Below, in pieces: positions 58,455 to 64,000 of a stretch of 64,000 nt of DNA. Each line of letters opens with the position of its first letter. Position 1 is the stretch's first letter. The stretch covers positions 32,001 through 96,000 of the forward strand of contig JBGQGY010000001.1 in assembly GCA_041497675.1 (NCBI GenBank), in the 5' to 3' direction. A program made the translations under genes and the position numbers. Source of the stretch: a bacterium. Its GTDB lineage: Bacteria; Sysuimicrobiota; Sysuimicrobiia; Sysuimicrobiales; Humicultoraceae. The notes under the pieces are model-generated. The model searched no databases, was not told where the DNA came from, and saw only the letters and a program-made list of their open reading frames with translations.

Positions 58455-59077
58455 TGCGTCACCACCTCCGTACGTGGCTCATCGCGGGCTTGCTCGTGGT
58501 GTTGCCGCTGGCCGTGACGGTGCTGGTCCTGCTGGCGATGTTCCGCTTCCTGGACAGCCTGCTGGGCCCGTTTGTCACAGCAGCACTGGGCACCGCCATT
58601 CCCGGTCTGGGTCTCATCGCCGGTATCGTGCTGATCCTGGTGACCGGGGCGCTGGCGAGCAATTTCGTCGGACGACGCGTCGTGGACGTGTTTCATCGCC
58701 TGATGCTGCGGATCCCGCTTGCGCGGGTCATCTATGCCGCCACGAAACAGCTAGCCGATGCCGTGTTTGTCCAGAGCCGGGGTGGGTTCAAGGGCGCGGT
58801 ATTGGTCGAGTGGCCTCGCCAGGGAGTGTACACTATTGGCTTCGTCACGGGCGAGACACGAGGCGAGGCCGAGCGGCAGACGAGCGAGCGCCTCGTGAAC
58901 GTCTTTGTGATGACCACGCCCAATCCGACAACGGGTTTTCTGTGCCTCGTGCCGGAGAGCCAGCTCATTCCGATGAATATGAGTATGGAAGACGCCCTCA
59001 AGATGATGGTTTCCGGCGGCCTGGTCTCCCCGCGAGTGCCCGCCGAGCAGGCGCAGAGGCTCGTGCGGCGCGAGTGA
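58454..59077 (+). CDS. DUF502 family membrane protein
   Basis: AGLLVVLP, RIPLARVIY, VLVEWP, TPNPTTGFL, VSGG. Confidence 0.88.
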   Translation: MRHHLRTWLIAGLLVVLPLAVTVLVLLAMFRFLDSLLGPFVTAALGTAIPGLGLIAGIVLILVTGALASNFVGRRVVDVFHRLMLRIPLARVIYAATKQLADAVFVQSRGGFKGAVLVEWPRQGVYTIGFVTGETRGEAERQTSERLVNVFVMTTPNPTTGFLCLVPESQLIPMNMSMEDALKMMVSGGLVSPRVPAEQAQRLVRRE

Positions 59078-59526
59078 ATAGCCCAGGTCGATCGAGCGAC
59101 GGTCACTCTCTGACGACAGCCCGGGTGCGGGCGCTTGTGCGGGCCGCGCGGCAGGCCCGCGGCCGTGCCTACGCGCCCTACTCCCGGTTCCCAGTGGGGG
59201 CAGCGGTGCTCACAGCCTCCGGGGCGATCCACTCTGGTTCGAATGTCGAAAACGCCTCGTACGGTCTGTCGATGTGCGCCGAGCGGGCGGCGATCCATCG
59301 GGCGGTCGCCGAGGGGCACCGGCGGCTGAGGGCGGTCGCGGTCGTCGGAGGCCGCGCGGGGGTGCTACCGTGCGGCGCCTGCCGGCAGGTGATGCACGAA
59401 TTTGGAGTCGAGCATGTGATTGTCGCCGGGCTGTCCGGTGCGCCCCGGTTCTTCACCCTCGCGGAGTTGCTCGGTCACGCCTTTGGTCCCGCCGATCTTC
59501 GCGCCGCCGGCCGCGGCTGGCGCTAG
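59074..59526 (+). CDS. cdd: Cytidine deaminase
   Basis: AYAPYSRFPVGAA, NVENASYG, CAERAA, PCGACRQ. Confidence 0.95.
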   Translation: MNSPGRSSDGHSLTTARVRALVRAARQARGRAYAPYSRFPVGAAVLTASGAIHSGSNVENASYGLSMCAERAAIHRAVAEGHRRLRAVAVVGGRAGVLPCGACRQVMHEFGVEHVIVAGLSGAPRFFTLAELLGHAFGPADLRAAGRGWR

Positions 59527-59545
59527 CCGCGTTCCGGCGATTTTC

Positions 59546-59575
59546 TTGACGCTCTCGCGCCGCGCCCAGTATAGT
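59546..59575 (+). promoter_or_regulatory. Sigma70 promoter upstream of the MgtE-like/Nramp pair
   Basis: TTGACG-N18-TATAGT. Confidence 0.65.
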
Positions 59576-59636
59576 TAGTCAATAGCGAACGCGATGTGGT
59601 GAGCGTGGGGACGTCGGACACCGCGGGAGCGGGATC

Positions 59637-60923
59637 GTGTATGTCACGTCGATGCCCTTCAGCCGGCTCCTGGGTAGGCAGGTGCTTGACGCGAGCGGCT
59701 TTGCGCTCGGGCGTCTCGCGGACCTGGCTGCCGAAGTGCACCTCACGCGACCGCGGATCGTGGGTCTGCTGCTCGACGTCGACCGTCCCCGCGTAGCCCT
59801 CATTCCCTGGAGCACCGTTCGCTCGATCGATCCGGTCGTCACGCTCGAGAAAGATCGCGCCGCGCTTCAACCACGCCCGTTGCAGCCAAACGAGATCCCC
59901 CTGCGTGAGGCCCTGCTGGATAAACAGGTGGTCGATATACGTGGGCTACGGGTCGTGAAGGTCAATGATCTGTTTCTCTCGTCGAGCAACGGCGAGCTGT
60001 TCCTGACCGGTGTCGACGTCGGGGCGACCGGTTTGCTGCGCCGCCTAGGGGCGGAACAGCCCGTGCGATGGCTGTTCGGCCGGATGGGACGCCCCCTCAC
60101 CGATCAGGCGCTCCCCTGGACGTACGTGGCCGCGTTGGGCGGGCCTGTCACGCCGCTGAAGCTATCGATCTCACGCGAGCGCCTGCAGGCGATCCACCCC
60201 GCCGACTTGGCCGAATTGCTCGAAGAGATGGACCGCGAGGAGCGCGTGGAGGTCATGTCGGCGCTCAGCCACGAGGACGCGGCGGAGGTCCTCGAAGCGG
60301 CAGAACCCGAGGTGCAGGCCAATATCGTGCGTTCGCTGCCGGCCGACCGCGCGTCGGACATCCTCGAAGAGATGGAAGCCGACGTCGCGGCCGACGTCCT
60401 GGGCGAACTGCCGCAGGAGACGGCCAGCGAGCTGATCGTCCGCATGGAGCCCGAAGCCGGGGCCGAAGTCACCCGCCTGATGGCGTACCCGCCGAATTCC
60501 GCCGGCGGGCGCATGGCGCTCAACTTCATCGCGATCCCCGATACGTGCACCGCCGAGCAGACGATCGCGCGGCTGCGCGGGCTCGCACCCGATGCCGAGA
60601 CGATCTACTACCTCTACGTCACGGATACGGACGGCCGTCTGGTGGGCGTGCTCTCGCTGCGCGGTCTGCTCATTGCGGATCCAAAAACGTTGGTAGCGCA
60701 AATCATGACACGGGACGTGGTGGGCATACGAGCAGACGAAAGTGACGAAGCCGCGGTGGCGGCCTTGATGAAGTACGATCTGCTCGCCGTCCCGGTGCTC
60801 GACGCCGACCACCGGCTGCTGGGCATTGTCACAGTCGATGACCTGATGGACTTGATGGTGGAGCGGGTCGGTGGCCGGACGCCGCGGCGGCTCGACCGCA
60901 TCCGGCGGGTAGCGAAGGAGTAG
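59637..60923 (+). CDS. Soluble MgtE-like protein (PRC-barrels + MgtE N-terminal + CBS pair, no TM domain)
   Basis: LLDKQVVDIRG-RVVKVND, HPADLAELLE, AGGRM, TIYYLYV, YDLLAVPV, GIVTVDD; ends without hydrophobic helices. Confidence 0.88.
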   Translation: MYVTSMPFSRLLGRQVLDASGFALGRLADLAAEVHLTRPRIVGLLLDVDRPRVALIPWSTVRSIDPVVTLEKDRAALQPRPLQPNEIPLREALLDKQVVDIRGLRVVKVNDLFLSSSNGELFLTGVDVGATGLLRRLGAEQPVRWLFGRMGRPLTDQALPWTYVAALGGPVTPLKLSISRERLQAIHPADLAELLEEMDREERVEVMSALSHEDAAEVLEAAEPEVQANIVRSLPADRASDILEEMEADVAADVLGELPQETASELIVRMEPEAGAEVTRLMAYPPNSAGGRMALNFIAIPDTCTAEQTIARLRGLAPDAETIYYLYVTDTDGRLVGVLSLRGLLIADPKTLVAQIMTRDVVGIRADESDEAAVAALMKYDLLAVPVLDADHRLLGIVTVDDLMDLMVERVGGRTPRRLDRIRRVAKE

Positions 60924-60930
60924 GCCCGGA

Positions 60931-62163
60931 GTGCGCTGGCTAAGGCGTCGGTGGGCGGGTCTCGCGCTCTTTCTGTCTGTGGCCGGTCCAGGGATCATCA
61001 CCGCGTCGGTGGACAACGACGCGAACGGTATCGCCACGTACTCTATCGCCGGCGCCCACTATGGTTACGCGCTGCTGTGGACCCTGCCCCTGGCGACTAT
61101 CGCCCTCATCGTCATCCAGGAAATGAACGCCCGTATGGGCGCCGTGACCGGTCTGGGTCTGGCCGATCTCATCCGCGAACAGTTCGGCGTACGGACAACG
61201 GCCGCCATCATGGCGGTGCTGCTGCTCGCGAACTGGGCCAACACGATCGGCGACTTCGCCGGCGTCGCCGGGAGCCTGGAGATCTTTCACCTGCCGCGGC
61301 TGATCGGCGTGCCGATCGTGGCGGTCGCCGTCGGCGTGCTCGTGTTCCGCGGGGGCTACCGGCTCATTGAGCGGATCTTTCTCGTCGCGTCGGCGCTCTT
61401 CATCTTGTATGCGATCTCGGCGGTGCTCGCCAAACCCCAGTGGGGGACGGTGCTCCGGGCGGCCGTCGTGCCGTCCCTGCGGCTCGATTCCGGGTACATT
61501 GTGTTGTTGATCGCCCTGATCGGCACAACGATTGCGCCGTGGATGCAGTTCTATCAACAGGCGGCGGTTGTCGACAAAGGGCTGACCGCCGAGGATTTGC
61601 GCCTCGAGCGCTGGGATGTCATCCTGGGCGCCCTCGTCACGGCCCTAGTCGCCGGCTCGATTATCATTGCCACCGCGGCGACGCTCTTCCCCCATGGGAT
61701 CCAGGTGCAGCGCGCCGAAGATGCCGCCCGCGCGCTCGCGCCGCTGGCCGGCACCTACGCGTCGCTCCTGTTCGCGCTGGGACTGCTGAATGCGGCCATC
61801 TTTTCGGTGGCGATCATTCCCCTGTCGAGCGCCTATGCGATCTGTGAGGCCTTCGGCTGGGAGGCCGGGCTCGACCGCACCGTCGCGGAGGCGCCGGTCT
61901 TCTACGGTCTCTTTCTCGCCGTACTGGTGACGAGCGCGCTCGTCGTCCTCTGGCCGGGTCTGCCGCTGGTGCGGGTGATGGTGGCGTCTCAAGCCCTCAA
62001 CGGCATCCTGCTGCCGGCCGTGTTGGTGATCATGTTGAGACTGGTGAACGACCGGCGGCTGATGGGGCGCAAGGTGAACAGTTCCGGGGCCAACGCCGTC
62101 GCGGTGGCCACGTCAGCAATCCTCATCCTCCTGACGCTGGTCTTGCTCGTGAAGAGCCTGTAG
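60931..62163 (+). CDS. Nramp-family (NRMT-like) divalent metal transporter
   Basis: GPGIITASVDNDANGIATYS-AGA-YGY-LLW, QEMNARMG, GTTIAPWMQFYQ, SQALNG. Confidence 0.88.
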   Translation: MRWLRRRWAGLALFLSVAGPGIITASVDNDANGIATYSIAGAHYGYALLWTLPLATIALIVIQEMNARMGAVTGLGLADLIREQFGVRTTAAIMAVLLLANWANTIGDFAGVAGSLEIFHLPRLIGVPIVAVAVGVLVFRGGYRLIERIFLVASALFILYAISAVLAKPQWGTVLRAAVVPSLRLDSGYIVLLIALIGTTIAPWMQFYQQAAVVDKGLTAEDLRLERWDVILGALVTALVAGSIIIATAATLFPHGIQVQRAEDAARALAPLAGTYASLLFALGLLNAAIFSVAIIPLSSAYAICEAFGWEAGLDRTVAEAPVFYGLFLAVLVTSALVVLWPGLPLVRVMVASQALNGILLPAVLVIMLRLVNDRRLMGRKVNSSGANAVAVATSAILILLTLVLLVKSL

Positions 62164-62169
62164 GGTCGG

Positions 62170-62937
62170 ATGGGACTGTACAAGATCGAAGGCATCGTCC
62201 TGCGGCGCCGGTCCTTCGGTGAGGCCGATCGTCTGGTGACGGTACTCACTAGGGACCGCGGCAAACTGACCGTAATTGCCAAGGGGGCGCGGCGGCCGCG
62301 CAGCCGGCTAGGTGGTCGCCTCGAGCCGCCGACACGGTTCAGGGCGCTGGTGGCCGAGGGCCGGACACTCGACGTGATCTCGCAGGTTGACGTGATCGAT
62401 GCACATCCGCAGTTGCGCACCGGGTTGGAGCGCATGGGTCTGACCAACATCGCGCTCGAAATGGCGGATCGGGCTCTTGCCGACCGGCACCCGCATCCAG
62501 ACGTCTACGGTCTGCTGACCGAGGTCCTGGCACTCCTGAACGCCGGGGTCGGCGAGTTGGCCCCGGTGTGGTTCGCGGCCAGGCTGCTCGTCCTGACGGG
62601 CCACCGGCCGTCCGTGGATCAATGTATGGTCTGCGGCCGCCGGATCCGTGGCCCGGCGGGCTGGAGCGCCGTCCTCGGCGGGTGCGTGGATTCGGGGTGC
62701 CGCGGGCGGGACCCCCACGCGATGCCGCTCTCGAGCGGGGCGGTCGCGCTCCTCCGGTTCCTGCTCGATGCCCGGCCCCCGGCGGTCCGGCGCGTCCATC
62801 CGGGGCCGCCGTGCAAGACCGAGCTGGGGCGGGCGCTTCAGGTCTACGCTGAGGTCACCTGGGATACCCGGCTCCGGGCGCCGGCGGTCGTGAGCCGCCT
62901 GCTCCGGACTGAAGAAGCCCGCGCTGTGGTATATTGA
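62170..62937 (+). CDS. recO: DNA repair protein RecO
   Basis: EGIVLR-FGEADRLVTVLTRDRGK-AKGARRPRSRL, CxxC zinc motif. Confidence 0.93.
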   Translation: MGLYKIEGIVLRRRSFGEADRLVTVLTRDRGKLTVIAKGARRPRSRLGGRLEPPTRFRALVAEGRTLDVISQVDVIDAHPQLRTGLERMGLTNIALEMADRALADRHPHPDVYGLLTEVLALLNAGVGELAPVWFAARLLVLTGHRPSVDQCMVCGRRIRGPAGWSAVLGGCVDSGCRGRDPHAMPLSSGAVALLRFLLDARPPAVRRVHPGPPCKTELGRALQVYAEVTWDTRLRAPAVVSRLLRTEEARAVVY

Positions 62938-62956
62938 GAAACAGGAGGTGTCGGGT

Positions 62957-63217
62957 ATGGAGATCGACCTCGATCGCGCGCGTCGGGCGCTCATTGACTT
63001 GGGAGCCGCGTTGTCCGAAGCGCGCGGGGTGGTGCAAATGGGACCGGGCTCGGTGGTTCGGGTGAAGACCGAGTCGGACGTGATCGAACTGCCGGTCTCG
63101 TGGGCCGTGGCCGGGTTGGTGGCGTTTGCCGCGGCCGCGCTGATTTCAGCGATGCCGACACCGACGATCCGTCGCCGCGTGCGCGAGCGTGAAGAGGAGC
63201 CGCTGGGGATCGGATGA
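62957..63217 (+). CDS. Small hypothetical membrane protein
   Basis: AGGAGG RBS; TGGTATATT extended -10 overlapping the recO end; one TM segment. Confidence 0.6.
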   Translation: MEIDLDRARRALIDLGAALSEARGVVQMGPGSVVRVKTESDVIELPVSWAVAGLVAFAAAALISAMPTPTIRRRVREREEEPLGIG

Positions 63218-63260
63218 CGTCTGCGCGGCGAGCGCTTCGGGTGCGTGTGTACGATACAGG

Positions 63261-63288
63261 ACCGCGTCCCACGAGGGGACGCGGTTTC
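63261..63288 (+). terminator. Stem-loop, probable intrinsic terminator
   Basis: ACCGCGTCCC-acgag-GGGACGCGGT-TTC. Confidence 0.55.
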
Positions 63289-63335
63289 GTCATCTCCCAG
63301 GGCATGCGGGCAGTGGATGACGGCGGAGTGATCGG

Positions 63336-64000
63336 GTGAGGATACTCGTCATTGGCGGTACGCAGTTTTTCGGGCGGGAGATCGTCCGCCTGTTTCTGGA
63401 GCGCGGCGATGAGGTGACTGTCTACAGCCGCGGCCGGCGAAAGCCCGAGTGGCCCAGACCGGTTGGGCACGTGCAGGGCGATCGCACCGATCACGCCGGG
63501 TTCGTGGCCACGTTCCGGGATCGGACGTTCGATGCGGTCATCGACAACATCGCGTATGTTGCCGCCGATGTCGACGCCGCGGTGGAGGCGTTTGCCGGTC
63601 GTGTGCAGAGGTACGTGTTCACGTCGACGGGATCGGTGTATGCGAGCGCGCAGCTCGACGCCGCGAGACTGCTCGCCCCGTTGTATGAAGATGACGCGGA
63701 CCTGGCCCTTCGGGCTGCTGAGCCCTACGGTGACGGGAAACGGGCGTGCGAGCAGGTTTTGCACGCCCGCGCCGGCCGGGATCGGGGTCTTCCCTTCACG
63801 ATCTTGAGGCCCCCCGTGGTGCAGGGCCCCAACGATCCGACCACCCGCGTGTGGTTCTACGTGCAGCGCATCGCCGATGGCGGCCCGATCCTGGCGCCGA
63901 GCGGATTCCCGACACCGGCGACCCGGCACGTCTACAGCGTCGACCTGTCCCGCGCGTACGTCGACGCGGTGCTCGGCCCCACGGCGATCGATCGGACGTA
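63336..64000 (+). CDS. NAD-dependent epimerase/dehydratase family protein, 3'-truncated by window edge
   Basis: Read by eye: VRILVIGGTQFFG…SRG…GDR…DAVIDN…YVFTSTGSVY…YGDGK…LRPPVV-GP. Confidence 0.85.
   Translation, partial: MRILVIGGTQFFGREIVRLFLERGDEVTVYSRGRRKPEWPRPVGHVQGDRTDHAGFVATFRDRTFDAVIDNIAYVAADVDAAVEAFAGRVQRYVFTSTGSVYASAQLDAARLLAPLYEDDADLALRAAEPYGDGKRACEQVLHARAGRDRGLPFTILRPPVVQGPNDPTTRVWFYVQRIADGGPILAPSGFPTPATRHVYSVDLSRAYVDAVLGPTAIDRT

Noticed and set aside
59576..59636. M-box (Mg2+) riboswitch before the MgtE-like gene
   Set aside because: The leader after the promoter is only ~55 nt, too short

Overview
A GC-rich, densely coding bacterial chromosomal segment with Terrabacteria/Firmicutes-like gene order and regulation (T-box, CIRCE, ARG boxes). 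An Armatimonadota/CSP1-3-like source is plausible but is only an inference. The left part (1-8360) has redox and housekeeping genes (B3/4-domain protein, thioredoxin-fold fusion, rlmD, nitroreductase, glyoxylate reductase, amino-acid SBP) and tRNA-Val(GAC). About 8.4-31.2 kb is accessory-type: a frameshifted SnoaL-like gene, feoB plus a Cys-rich FeoA under tandem DtxR/SirR-like boxes, pip, typA, a catabolic cluster around a peptide-type ABC transporter, a c-di-GMP operon (PAS/GAF-GGDEF, HEAT-repeat protein, HD-GYP), a six-blade NHL propeller and a secreted hydrolase-like protein. The right half is core genome: T-box-thrS, comEC-DUF3006-holA, rpsT, murJ, CIRCE-hrcA (internally deleted and frameshifted)-dnaJ-prmA-rsmE, argCJBDGHR, phoH-pgpH-ybeY-dgkA, TRAP/DUF1850, CNNM/CorC, cdd, a soluble MgtE-like protein plus an Nramp-related transporter, and recO. 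I saw no CRISPR array, integrase, transposase or rRNA. The strongest candidate for an undescribed system is the c-di-GMP operon, in which the HEAT-repeat protein and the HD-GYP protein share a homologous ~125-aa N-terminal domain that I cannot assign to a known family.
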